Source of the DNA: a virus
Taxonomy: Duplodnaviria; Caudoviricetes
Virus record (IMG/VR): IMGVR_UViG_3300028048_000054
Strand: one strand, 5' to 3'
DNA: 64,000 nucleotides
The first letter of the stretch is position 1. Every line of letters starts with the position of its first letter. Positions 30,180-41,793 of the stretch are shown piece by piece. The position numbers and the translations under genes are program-made. The notes under the pieces are model-generated. The model had not been told where the DNA came from, made no database searches, and saw nothing but the letters and a program-made list of their open reading frames with translations.

Positions 30180-32631
30180 TTAAAACCATTTAACTAAAAA
30201 CATTGTTCCACATCTATACGCAACCTGTAATGCTTTTGCGTCGCCAAACATCTTTCTAGGTATAACTTTGTTCGGCTCATACTCGTCGCCCTTTTTATTA
30301 CAGTCGTACCCGTGTATAACCACATCATACCCATTCCGTAAATCTATCCAAACATTAGAAATAAGTTTAGCACCCTGTGGTAATCTATCAACATAATACA
30401 CATCAAAACCACCGTCGCCAAAACCATTGTTAAAACCTATTCCATTGATAACCAAACTACCTGCATCTGCACCATAACTAGCAATTCTTGTTTTCATAGT
30501 CGTTCCCCCTATAATGATTTTACAAACTGCTTTACTCTAAATTCAAACTCCGCAAACTCGTTCACAAATCTTTTCAAAAACCACAAGTCATTGTAGTTCG
30601 GCTCGCGTGTTCCTTTGCAACCTCTCATAAGTGGCACACCTTGTTCGTTCACAAGTAAATCAAACTCCCCACACGCACCACCACCATAAATACCGATAGC
30701 ATTTTTACCAAGAGCAAAACCAACTTTGTGCGCCCAACTATCAGTACATAAATCATTGTAAGCAAACCTACTGCTAATCAGTAATCCCTCTACTTTTAAC
30801 AACTGTTTGATTTTAGGTTTCAACAATTTAATCTGCTTTATGTAATGCGCCAGTTCTTTTGCTTGCCCTTGCGCTTTAATCAAAGTATTTAAGTTTCGTC
30901 TTTCTACTGCTTGTTTGATAAGTTTTTCGTAGTTCATAATTCACTCCTAGTATGATTTTGTATAACCGCATTTATTACATTTCAAAACTCTACTTACTTT
31001 ATTGCTATTCATAGAGCAAGAAATGTGTGGTACTAATTTCCCTTTGTGGCACTCCGTACATCTATAAGTAATCACTCCACTCATACAAGTTCCTCTTGTA
31101 ATGCTTTCTCAATATCTATGGACATACACTCGCCCCACAACTGCAAGTCATAAGGGTACACTCTTACATACTTTCCCTTACTGCCCATAGCCCAAACCTT
31201 TGTTATTGTATAGTTCATAATACAACGACCAACAAGTTCGGCTACAACCTCAACACGATACTCCATACCTGCACAAATATATTCAGTTCTTATTTTCTTT
31301 GTATAAGTATTTTCTCTCATATTATTCCCCCACAAACTCGTCTTTATCACTATCTAAAATAGTCAAGTCATTGTTATATGTATCACTATTTCGTATATCT
31401 ATGCGCCACTCTGCCAAGTCCAACGCAATACCACACAAGTCATCCCGTAGCAATTTGTTTATTTCCTGTGCGTGATACTTTGCTTTGTCAAGTGTATCAT
31501 AAGTTCCAACAAACCTATCTATGACACGCTTACCAACCTTACTACTACCTTTAACAAATACCTCATAAACCATAATCAACCCCCATTATATTTTAGTGTT
31601 CCACTCTTGTAATAGTATGCGTACTTGTACTCCCCACTCGTCATTGTTTCCCAAATCCCTTACCAAGAAGAAAGCAAGTTCTTTGTCAATGTTCTTTACA
31701 TAATCTTCATAACTATCAAAAGCAAAGATAATTACATTTTTATATTTAAGCAACTTACCACTTGTGCTTAAACTAAACAAACATCTCGTAGCATTTATTC
31801 CCGTATGTTTGATAATCGCAGTTTTCAAATCAGTTTCTTTATCTATGATTTTGTCTGCTACAATTTCAACCTTTACACTATACTCTAATTTAAGCATACG
31901 CACCCCCCTAGAAATAAACATCAGCACCACGCACTTGCTTTACATTGTAGGCAACATTCCAGTTCTCTACCCATTTAATTTGTTCACTCATTTTGTTTAG
32001 CAATTCTTTTTCAAAATTAGCAACAAAGTCAGCCATAGTATTAAACTGTAATTCCAATACTGCATTATAATTTAATACCCTATTGTCCTCACTCATAGAG
32101 AAATTTTCAGTTCTACCATAGTAAGTATAATCGGTTAGAGCAACATTTAATTCTTTCGGCTCTACTAATTCATAACTTGCTTTCACATCTACTTTTACAA
32201 TACAAACTAAATTCATAGTTCCCACCTCACACATATACTATTGTAGCATACTATAACTAATTATCAACTTGCAATTTCTTTTTCTCGTTCACTAACAATA
32301 ACAACTCTTGCACTTTACCCATTGTTTCGGGGAAATTAGTGTTTGTATGTATATATGGTACACGCATTAAATAAAATCTTTCTGCTTTAACAATATACAT
32401 ACTATTCAACTGCACCTCCTTACCATTTACTAATCTATATGTATGCAACCCCTCATAAGCCCTTTGACTTGTGGTATATTCAAACCAACGACTACCACCT
32501 AGTCCACCACCACAAGTAACTGTCAACCTTAAAACAGTTTTATATCTCGGCTCGCCTACCCACTTGCAAGGGGTAAGAGGGTATTTAACTATATCCCCGT
32601 CAAAAAATTTTATTTCGTTTTCCATAACCAC
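30180..32631 (-). other. cluster of short orphan genes (30180-30497, 30509-30937, 31081-31350, 31322-31579, 31586-31930, 31908-32234, 32257-32631)
   Basis: Abutting minus-strand ORFs with SD sites. Confidence 0.6.
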
Positions 32632-32636
32632 ACCTC

Positions 32637-33278
32637 CTAATCAACATTAGTCAAGTCAACCCCGTAGGTTTCCTGTGCCTCTTTACAAATTTTATTCCAC
32701 TCGTCTAGGTCATTAGTGTTAGACCAATACTCATAACTATCAACATTTTCCTCGTGGAAATTATCATAAATCTCATACAAATCTATCGTACCTTCCCACA
32801 AGTCCGTCAACATATTGCCGATAGTATGTAGTTCTAACTTACTGTCTTTTGGTACTGCAACAAAACCAACATTAGACGTGTCCCAGTTCCGTACTGTAAA
32901 TTCCCCATTGTCTTTGTGTGGGCATTCAGCAACAGTAAAACTGCTACCACTATGGCGCAACTCGTGTACCCAATAGTAATTAAACTTATCCCCGTATTTA
33001 GCAATAACCTGTTTCTTAAAATCTTCAAACGGGGTATCACTATCCGTACTCACATTTATCTCGTGGATAGACCCTTTCCATTCGGGCAAACAAAAGTGTA
33101 ATCCAAGAGAGCCAACAAGATAATCATAAATCTCACTACCATTAAACCAGTAATCTGCCTGTACTTTACTTACTGTATATCGTGGTAACTCTTTAATAAT
33201 AGTTTCCACCACCACATTTTCGTTGCCTTGTTTTAATACTCTTTCGTCTTTGATAATCTTTTCCATAACACCCTCCAT
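32637..33278 (-). CDS. hypothetical phage protein
   Basis: 213 aa after promoter; HSG...WDTS.VGF. Confidence 0.7.
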   Translation of the reverse strand: MEGVMEKIIKDERVLKQGNENVVVETIIKELPRYTVSKVQADYWFNGSEIYDYLVGSLGLHFCLPEWKGSIHEINVSTDSDTPFEDFKKQVIAKYGDKFNYYWVHELRHSGSSFTVAECPHKDNGEFTVRNWDTSNVGFVAVPKDSKLELHTIGNMLTDLWEGTIDLYEIYDNFHEENVDSYEYWSNTNDLDEWNKICKEAQETYGVDLTNVD

Positions 33279-33290
33279 TTCTATACTACT

Positions 33291-33319
33291 ATTCTAGCAT
33301 ATTTTAACTTACTTGTCAA
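33291..33319 (-). promoter_or_regulatory. early-type promoter TTGACA-17-TAGAAT
   Basis: Repeated motif. Confidence 0.8.
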
Positions 33320-34061
33320 CACCTTTCCAGTAAAACACAGTAATCTTTTTGCCTTTACTGTGCATTGTGTACTGCTTTACTTTATATCCCATAAACTCCC
33401 AATTATCTAGGATATTATTAAATGTATCTACATCTATAATTTTATGGTCATAAAGATATACAACCTTGTTATTAGTCCGTATGATTTTAAGCATATCACA
33501 CTCCCAATACCTTATACATCTTCCCCGTCTTAAAACAATACACATACTCATAATCTAACGGGAAAGACATAACAATTTTATTAAAAAAGTAGTTCGTATC
33601 TCTATACACTCCGTAAGTCCACGACCTTTTAGACGGACTTAAACCACTCATACAAAACACACCCGTCTTATTCTTGCCCTCAAATATAGTGCGTAGTTTA
33701 TTTACAATATCAAACATTTCCGCACCGCACTCAACCAAATCAACACCCTCAACCTTTCCTTTTTTATTTTTCCAAATCACTCTTTTCATAACGCACCCCC
33801 GTACTGTCGTTTCCAAACCAATGTATCACTAGCATAATGTCTAGTTCTTTTACTGTTCATATAGGCAACCTGTTCGGCCTTGCTTTCGTCTTTATTTACA
33901 GTACAAGAAATAAATTTAATATCTTTAATTAAACCCCCATTTAATAGATTAGTTTTAAGAGCGCGTTTCACATCAGCAACAGACCGACCCAACATTGTAG
34001 TAGTATGTTTTTGTTTTTCCCCAAAACATTTATAGGTATAATTTACATTAAATAGTTTCAT
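33309..34061 (-). other. three short orphan genes (33309-33551, 33496-33816, 33786-34061)
   Basis: Overlapping minus-strand ORFs; true starts probably internal. Confidence 0.55.
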
Positions 34062-34125
34062 AGGTTTCCCCCGTATAAATTTTAGTTATAGGGGAAGGGA
34101 ATGGAGTACCCTTCCCCCGTTCAGT

Positions 34126-35064
34126 TCACAGTAGTACATCTGCTAATGCTTGTATGTTCGCAACTGGGATAGTGTGGCAACCTATCTTCACAAACTTATC
34201 ATTGTTAGCAAGGATAGTATAACCGCCTACACTATGACCGACAATGTTATGCTTATGTTTCCAAGCCCTCAATGCGGTAGTGATAGCACTTACGGGCATT
34301 GTGATATGTTTGGTAGTGGTAATCTCGTTAGTGTCTTTTAATAGTTTCACAAAAGACGGACTAGGCACACCGAACATATTTATAAACAGTTCCCGTTCCT
34401 TCTCGTGCGTATGGTAGTAATCCCAGTTAAACATATAATCGTCAACCAAATCAAGTAAAGGTTTATTAGAAATGCTTTTCTTAAAATCGGCAATTTCTTT
34501 TTTAGTTTTCTCTGCCTTTGCTTGTGCTACTTTACGCACTCTCTCACTTGCTTTTCTAATGCTCTCTGCCGACAATGCTTTGCTCAAAAACTTATTAAAC
34601 TTTGCCAACCCTTTAATGCGTGTACCAGTAGCAACAACAAACCGATTAGCATTCGCAAGTAAAGTCAAGGCATACTCTCTGTCTTTTGCGCGTGTGTAGG
34701 TTTTTTTATCCCCTATCTCTCTCTCAAAATCTCTCGTAAAGTTCTCGGCAATAAACTTTAATACCTCTTTTTTAGTCCAATTAGAGGTATTGTACCCGTA
34801 TCTAAAGGGTACATTTATAACATCAAACGGGCAAGCCGATACTAATGCGCCATAATGTTTGCAAGTAGTGTGGGAGTAAAAACTATTATCTGCCAACAAT
34901 ACCTTGCCCTTCTTGCCCTCGTAAATATACCCGATACTCGTTCCATAACTACCAAAGGTATTTTTCTTAAACCAAGCCGACCTTGTATAGCAAGTTTCCC
35001 CGTTATTATTGTGAAAAAATGCGTGTCCTAAATCTACTACATTTCCGTATGCGTGTTTCGTCAT
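34126..35064 (-). CDS. hypothetical phage protein
   Basis: 312 aa, promoter at 35111-35139 and GGAGG SD. Confidence 0.75.
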   Translation of the reverse strand: MTKHAYGNVVDLGHAFFHNNNGETCYTRSAWFKKNTFGSYGTSIGYIYEGKKGKVLLADNSFYSHTTCKHYGALVSACPFDVINVPFRYGYNTSNWTKKEVLKFIAENFTRDFEREIGDKKTYTRAKDREYALTLLANANRFVVATGTRIKGLAKFNKFLSKALSAESIRKASERVRKVAQAKAEKTKKEIADFKKSISNKPLLDLVDDYMFNWDYYHTHEKERELFINMFGVPSPSFVKLLKDTNEITTTKHITMPVSAITTALRAWKHKHNIVGHSVGGYTILANNDKFVKIGCHTIPVANIQALADVLL

Positions 35065-35143
35065 ATACTGCCTCCATTATTTTTATTTTCTACTGCCTTA
35101 CTACAATACTATTGTAGCATATTATAACTAAAAAGTCAACACC

Positions 35144-37225
35144 TTACATTTCCAAGTAAGCACCACCAGTAATATCTGCAACAGGTACAAACTTAAAAGA
35201 GATTATTTTATTATTAGTGCCATACTTTTTATGTAGTTTCTTTTCAAACTCAACTCTATTGCAACTTGTCTTAAACTGGTAGTCATTAAAACCACCGATA
35301 GCCATACAATTAAACATACGAACGATAGCAATATACATATACACCCCCTTAAATATCGTCAAAACTATCCCCATAAATAGAGCGCATTATACCTTGTACC
35401 ATTTTGTGTATTTCTGCCGTATCTTTGCGCCCGATACCAATGATATTTATTTTTACTATCTTTGTATGCTTACCCAGTTCATTTATACCATAGATATAAA
35501 TATCATTTTCCCCGTCAATAGTATAAGCATAGGATAGATATTTTTTCATACTATTGCCCCCTTATAGTTTCCAGTTTCCCAAACCCGATAAGTACCACCC
35601 AACCTATCCCACGACAACGGATAGCAAACACACATAAACCCGTACTTTTCGTAGCACTTATCCAAGTTCTTACTGGTATCTTTACAAACAAACAACCGAC
35701 TACACTTACTAGCACCCCAGTTCTTTTTGTTATGAGCGCACCATTTTGATACTACTTTTTGTGCCACAGTTTTATCTATTGTCTGCACCTTAAAAATATA
35801 CACTTGTGGCATATCCTTACCGATATAGTAGCCGACCATATAACCTTGTTTCATAGTACCCCCTTAAAAATACTTTTCTAACTGTCTAAACTTTGCACTC
35901 TCTCTAATCAAAAAGTGTCCGTCTTTATAGAGTAGTGCGCCTTTGATTTTGTGCTTATAGACAAAATTATATGCTACTGTTTCATTTTCCAAATCGCATA
36001 CAAACACCTCTGCCATAGTTCCGTTTTTAGTTTTGCCATAGATATAAAGTGATACCATACTACACCCCCTTACTTACCACTCATAATGTTAGCCATTTTC
36101 ATTATAGCCAATGTACTCTCGGCTTGTTTTTCGTTAGTTATAGTAGTTTTTGATAAAGTTTCCTTCATAGACGGGGATAACTTATCATACTCGGCCTTAA
36201 AACTAGCCAAAAACTTATCACACTCGGCTTTAATTTTATCGGCAGTTCCGTCTATCAAAACCGCCCGTACATACTCCCTCTCATTGTTAGGCAGTTTCTC
36301 AATAGCATCCTCCAAAACACTCTCGTACTCAAACCGTTCCCAAGTACGATTATAATAACACCGCTTGCTAGTGTACCCCGTACCATAATCGTCTAAATTG
36401 TGGCAGAGATGACGGAAGCCATATCTTGTATTTTCCGTCCAACAAACAAACATAATCGTTTTGTTATTAGGTAAAGTACAACTAAAATTTTTGTAATCGT
36501 ATTTTTTGTAAGCCATAATGATACCTCACTTTATTAGTTATGCTACAAGTATAACATATTTTAGCATATTTTGTCAACACCTTTGATAGAATAGGGGAGT
36601 AGTAAATACCCCCCCCCCATTCTATGCAATAGGCCATAAATTGCACCCGTTATTTTTCAAACAACCATTTTCGGTCATAGTACAGATATAAGTATCTACT
36701 GTAATTAGTTTTTGTGGGATAGTTTTTGCCGATACATACTTAAAACCTATAAACCCCGTCCGTCCAAGATAAGCACCTAATTGTAAGGCAAATTCACGCA
36801 TAGTCATTTTATTATCGGCGCGTATAGCATACAAGTCCGTCATTGTTTCATTTTCACGCATAGGCACTTTACATTTTACAGTAATCACATAATACATAAT
36901 ACACCCCCTATTTACTCATAGTTTTTGCCAAACTGTCCACATAATAAACCAAATTGCCATAGTTTCCGTTAGTCCAAAAGTCAGTAATAATCTTTTTATT
37001 AGTTTCCAAAAGATTATTTAATTTTTCCAGTTTTTTGCTACTTTTGCGCCCCTCAAACAAAGTAGTGATAAAGTTTCCGTCTGCAAAAGGGGTAAATTGA
37101 CGCATAATAACTCCACCCCCGTAGTCCTTTTGAAATTCCTTGTGTACTGATAATCTATACTGCCCGTTTCTATGTACTACCTCTGCAACTAGGTACTCAT
37201 TTTTATCGTTCAATTTTACTTGCAT
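35144..37225 (-). other. cluster of short orphan genes (35144-35374, 35349-35549, 35546-35854, 35864-36058, 36070-36516, 36622-36897, 36908-37225)
   Basis: Abutting ORFs, many with AGGGGGTG/AGGGGGTA SD; first genes downstream of the promoter array. Confidence 0.65.
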
Positions 37226-37921
37226 AGAATAAACCTCACTTTTGATAAATTATACTACTTTACGGGCATACCATAGACGGGAGGTAAGATGATACACCCA
37301 TAGAGTAGCATAATAGAGGGGGGTATTTTGGCGGTTTATAGCCGACATAGTACCCCCCCCAGTTCTCAATGTTTTTTTTGGTAATAATCTTTTTTAGCGA
37401 TTATTTTTCTATCTTATTTTGTCTTTTTAGTCAGTTATGATAATAAGCAACACAACCCAACATCACTATTCTACCCAAAAATAAAGACACTCTCACAATA
37501 CTCACAAAATAGACATACTACCTCATAAATTTTGTGATATATCCGCTTTTTGTTTATTTTTACCCATAATAAAAAATAGTATAGTATTTTTAGCATACCT
37601 ATAATATCCCATTGTTTCCCTCTATGGTATAATAACACCGCTTGTATCTTACTATTAGCGGAATGGTAGTCCATCCCTCATAAGTCAATTTCGGCTTTTG
37701 GTACTAGCAACTAATATCATTTTGTTTCGTAATAGGCGCAATATACCCGTATCATTGTTATATTGCCTTATGCTTATTAAATACCTAGCACAATTTTTCA
37801 AAGACCCGCCCTATAAGTATTTTTTGCTTTTGTATATAGTTTTTTATGTTTTGATACTATCTCATTCATAATATACTTATATACTATTGTAGCATATAGT
37901 GTTATAAGGCCACTCATTCAC

Positions 37922-38325
37922 TACACATATATTATAGCATATTTTGAAATCTTTTGCAATACCTTTGTTTCATAGTGCTAATAGTTATATAGGGAAATTA
38001 TACGATTATATCCGTATCGGTACTATATAACTAATATATTGTAATGTTTATTAAATATCGTTTGCGCCCTGTTTTTAGTAATGCGCCTTTACTGTTTCTT
38101 ACTACACTTATATTATAGCATTTTTTGGTACTTTTTGCAAGACCTTTACTATAATTTTTTTGTAAAGTTTTATTATACCACACGCGGGTTTTTATTTTCC
38201 TTACACATATATTATAGCATATTTTGAAATCTTTTGCAATACCTTACTGCTATATTTTGAAAAGGTTTTATTTTTCCTTTTCATACTTATATTATAGCAT
38301 ATTTTAGATATTTTGTAAAGACCTT
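37922..38325 (-). repeat. array of four ~44-bp repeats, each a leftward promoter (TTGCAA/TTTACA-17-TATAAT)
   Basis: Copies at 37922-37965 and 38202-38245 are identical; variants at 38103-38146 and 38283-38325. Confidence 0.85.
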
Positions 38326-38530
38326 GTATGATACCTTATTAAATTTATTATAGTATATTGTGGTATAGTGATTAAATGCTCAAAATTGACTTATAGCGCG
38401 TCTTTTGTTTGTGGTATAGATAAGATATAGGGCGCATAATAAAAATTGATTGTAGGGCATTTTTGATTGTTTCCCGTCTATTTATTATGGTATATTGTAG
38501 CATAGTATGGAAGGATATTTTTTAGAGGTC

Positions 38531-38559
38531 TTGACAATCTGCTCAAAATATGCTATAAT
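38531..38559 (+). promoter_or_regulatory. rightward consensus sigma70 promoter
   Basis: TTGACA-ATCTGCTCAAAATATGC-TATAAT. Confidence 0.8.
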
Positions 38560-38695
38560 CCGCTATATTCCGCTTGCCGTTTTTAAGGATAGCCGACGGG
38601 AACAGCCACTATGGGATTATCAGATTCCAAAAATAATTTCTAGAATTGTGGAAAATTTTTTTTGGTAGAAAAATTTTTGGACTTTTTTATGGAAG

Positions 38696-39352
38696 TTAGT
38701 CTGTCAATTTTTTTGGAAAATTTTTTAGGGATTTATGTTTAGGCAGTCTATCTACTATATCAGTTATATCTGACCCAGCCTCTATATGTAACAATTTTAA
38801 TTTCTTACGTAGAGTATAATCTAGTACACAGGCTTCTCTTGATATATTAGTAACAGACATCAAATTGCCCTTATACACAAATTTAGGCCCCCAATGTCTT
38901 CTATTGAACTGATTAACACTTCTAGTAACCCATCGACAGTTTGATGGCTCATAATTACCGTTATTATCAATTCTATCTATTTGTAAATCATCTCTGTATC
39001 CGTTACTATAGGACCAATCATAGAACTTTTGAAACCCAGTTTTAGGGGCAGTCCACTCGTCACATATTCGTATCCCTCTTCCACCATAATTACTGTAATT
39101 CCATACTTTTGGGTTATAGCATCTTGACTTCATACCCATATAAATTCCATACAATCGAGTATATCTCTTCCCACGCAGTTTAGCACACCCACAATTCTGC
39201 TTCTTATTTAAATAATCGACTCGAGTAGTAAATACTTTTCCACACTTACACCTAACGGTAATCTTTCTTTTTGGCTCTATATTAATAACAACCAAATCAC
39301 CGATAGTTCTACCTATATAAACATTATTCATTTTTATACTGTCTTTTTCCAT
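38696..39352 (-). CDS. HNH-like homing endonuclease
   Basis: MKSRCYNP..YGGRGIRICDEW, IDRIDNNGNYEPSNCRW. Confidence 0.85.
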   Translation of the reverse strand: MEKDSIKMNNVYIGRTIGDLVVINIEPKRKITVRCKCGKVFTTRVDYLNKKQNCGCAKLRGKRYTRLYGIYMGMKSRCYNPKVWNYSNYGGRGIRICDEWTAPKTGFQKFYDWSYSNGYRDDLQIDRIDNNGNYEPSNCRWVTRSVNQFNRRHWGPKFVYKGNLMSVTNISREACVLDYTLRKKLKLLHIEAGSDITDIVDRLPKHKSLKNFPKKLTD

Positions 39353-39446
39353 AAATCAGTCCTTTTTATAAATTTTTGGTAGATTTTTTATAAGAAATAA
39401 CCCCTATTTTTATAAATTTTAGGGGTTATTTTTATAAATTTTGACC

Positions 39447-39734
39447 TTATTTAGTGTGGGCCGTACAACCTTCTTTTAGTCTAGTTTCATATTGGTCACA
39501 CACTTTAATGACTCTAGGGACCATAGTAACTGTTCTTCCTATAGCGACTCCAGGCAGACCAGAGGCTCTTGGCATTGGGACTAGTCTGACTTCTGTATGG
39601 TGTTTGATACAGACCTGGTGGTATGGGTGCTTACAGGGATTAACCTTTATTGTGCCGAGTAACAGTAATATAAGTATAATACATACTGTTACTATTAATG
39701 TTATTGTTAAACACTTCCTATCTAATTCGTTCAT
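39447..39734 (-). CDS. small membrane-anchored Cys-containing protein
   Basis: N-terminal TM helix. Confidence 0.6.
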   Translation of the reverse strand: MNELDRKCLTITLIVTVCIILILLLLGTIKVNPCKHPYHQVCIKHHTEVRLVPMPRASGLPGVAIGRTVTMVPRVIKVCDQYETRLKEGCTAHTK

Positions 39735-40897
39735 TGTATATCCTCGCAGTTCTGGAATACTTGGTTTAATTGCCTGTTAACGATATAAAAGGTAGTTCTT
39801 TTTGGAATATCCTTTAATTTTGTGGCACCAATGTATGTCATAGTAGAGCGTATCCCACCTAGTATATCTTCCATTACTCTATTTGCGGGACCTGTATATG
39901 GGATTAATTTCTCTCTCCCCTCTGACGTTCTATAGTCCTTCATACCGCCAAAATGCTTCTCTTGGGCCAGTTTTGATGACATACCATAGAACTGTTTGTA
40001 CTTGTTCTCTTTATAAACATAGTGGGTATCGGTGTAATAGTCTAGGGTGTCATCGGGGTCTTTTTCATCAGTAGAATAAATATTACCGTCTGTTGATACC
40101 CAGGTGTCGTGGTCTATTTGGTTGGTTTGGTATCTCTTTGTTACCAATTTCCCTGCGGCTTCATCTGTACCTGCTAACATACCACCGAGCATTACAAAGT
40201 CGGCCCCAGCACCAAATGCTTTAGATATGTCCCCAGGATTTGTACAACCACCGTCCGCACATATCATACCACCTACACCGTGAGCAGCATCGGCACAGTC
40301 TAATATGGTAGATAATTGTGGTCTGCCTACTCCCGTTTTAAGTCTGGTCGTGCAAACTGAACCTGGTCCAATACCCACCTTTATTATATCTGCACCATTA
40401 AGGATTAAATCTTGAGTCATATCACCCGTAACTACATTGCCAGCCATAATAAGAATTTTTGGGTATCTGGTTCTTAATTCCTTTACAAATTTTAATAGGT
40501 TCGGAATATAACCATTGGCAATATCTACACATACTTTATCTATGGCGGGGTTATTATCCAGGAGTTTGAAAAATTCTTCTTTATTATCTCTTAGGCCGAT
40601 AGATACAAACTGTAGTTGTTCATACGTATAGAAGTGCTTATTTAATTGGTCGTAGGGGATATGCTTATGAAAACAAGTCATAGCCTCATACTGTTCTAAA
40701 ACTGCGGCCATATCAAATGTACCCGTGGTGGCCATATTAGACGCAATTAAACCACAGGAAACAATTTGCTCTGGGTAGTATTTGAATTTAAATACACGTC
40801 TGGCCACGGCCTCATTACGTGAGTTTAATGTGGTTCTTTTTGGTTGAAACAGTACATCACAGAAATCTAATTGTGGTTCAGTGTAAATTCTCGTCAT
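39731..40897 (-). CDS. guaC: GMP reductase
   Basis: LDF.DVL..PKR, NM.T.GTF, DIANGY, KVGIGPGSVCTTR, DGGC, FYGMSS, YRTSEG, GGIRS. Confidence 0.95.
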   Translation of the reverse strand: MTRIYTEPQLDFCDVLFQPKRTTLNSRNEAVARRVFKFKYYPEQIVSCGLIASNMATTGTFDMAAVLEQYEAMTCFHKHIPYDQLNKHFYTYEQLQFVSIGLRDNKEEFFKLLDNNPAIDKVCVDIANGYIPNLLKFVKELRTRYPKILIMAGNVVTGDMTQDLILNGADIIKVGIGPGSVCTTRLKTGVGRPQLSTILDCADAAHGVGGMICADGGCTNPGDISKAFGAGADFVMLGGMLAGTDEAAGKLVTKRYQTNQIDHDTWVSTDGNIYSTDEKDPDDTLDYYTDTHYVYKENKYKQFYGMSSKLAQEKHFGGMKDYRTSEGREKLIPYTGPANRVMEDILGGIRSTMTYIGATKLKDIPKRTTFYIVNRQLNQVFQNCEDIQ

Positions 40898-41273
40898 TTA
40901 ATATCTCCCTTCTTTTTGCCATCTGTTCTTCAATATATTGATTCCATAATTGAAACCAATTCTTTCTATATTCTTCCATCTCTATTACTAACAGTTGATA
41001 TGCTAATGATTTAGATTTTTCAATACCTCTGGTAGATAATACACTAATTATATCATTAATTGTGTTATCTATTCGCTTATCATACACTGGTGTTGGTTCG
41101 TGTAGATGAGCCATATGCCGTCTAAAACGGTTGATGGCATACTTCTCAACCGAGTTTAAGGCGTGTATGAGATGAGGTGTAGACATCTCACCAAGGAACA
41201 TACCTTTACCGTCTTTGGTTACCCATCTGCGTTTTGTGGGGTCAGTTACTTTCGTCTGTGGCCAGCGTCCCAT
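40878..41273 (-). CDS. hypothetical protein (W.T.DG...M...H family)
   Basis: Motif shared with 58913-59140. Confidence 0.6.
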   Translation of the reverse strand: MGRWPQTKVTDPTKRRWVTKDGKGMFLGEMSTPHLIHALNSVEKYAINRFRRHMAHLHEPTPVYDKRIDNTINDIISVLSTRGIEKSKSLAYQLLVIEMEEYRKNWFQLWNQYIEEQMAKRREILNDENLH

Positions 41274-41419
41274 CTTCTACCTCTATTACTTGTTGAGTTG
41301 CCATATAATCTTTCAGGAACTCTTCAATACTGTATGGTTGCTTAACTGTTTTAGAGCACCCAGCGATACATAATAATGCGATTAGAATCAATAGTTTTTT
41401 CATTTTATTTAGTCCACAC

Positions 41420-41791
41420 TTACTCTTCTTCAATTTTCACGAAAGATACACGTTCAGAATAATAGCCATTTGAAGTTCCATACCATCTTATATCTACATA
41501 TCCTTTTTGTGTAGCCAGTTTATAGAACGTCCAAGTAAAACTATAGTCATAGGTTTCTTTTGGATTTTCTCCAGAATTGCTATTTTCTTCAGCAATAAGA
41601 ATTTCACTTCCAATTAAATCTTCTACATCGCCTATTACATCATCAATATCAACAGTTTCACAACAATCCTGCTCGTGATACATTTTGTATTTTGAGCCAT
41701 CAGAACACACAAAAACAACTTCGTCAGACCCTTTTTCCAAGCCTTGTATGTCTAAAATTGTTTTCCCAACTAAGTCCTTAAATTCTGCCAT
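41420..41791 (-). CDS. conserved acidic phage protein
   Basis: HEQDCCE.V.I, TWTFYK, RWYGTSNGYYSE pattern. Confidence 0.75.
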   Translation of the reverse strand: MAEFKDLVGKTILDIQGLEKGSDEVVFVCSDGSKYKMYHEQDCCETVDIDDVIGDVEDLIGSEILIAEENSNSGENPKETYDYSFTWTFYKLATQKGYVDIRWYGTSNGYYSERVSFVKIEEE

Positions 41792-41793
41792 AG

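Noticed and set aside
37471-37674. 67-aa ORF in the promoter region
   Set aside because: Low-complexity AT-rich composition in a leader region; not supported as a gene
37922-38325. Direct repeats as a CRISPR array
   Set aside because: Spacing is irregular (about 180, 100 and 80 bp), each repeat is a -35/-10 promoter, and there are no cas genes
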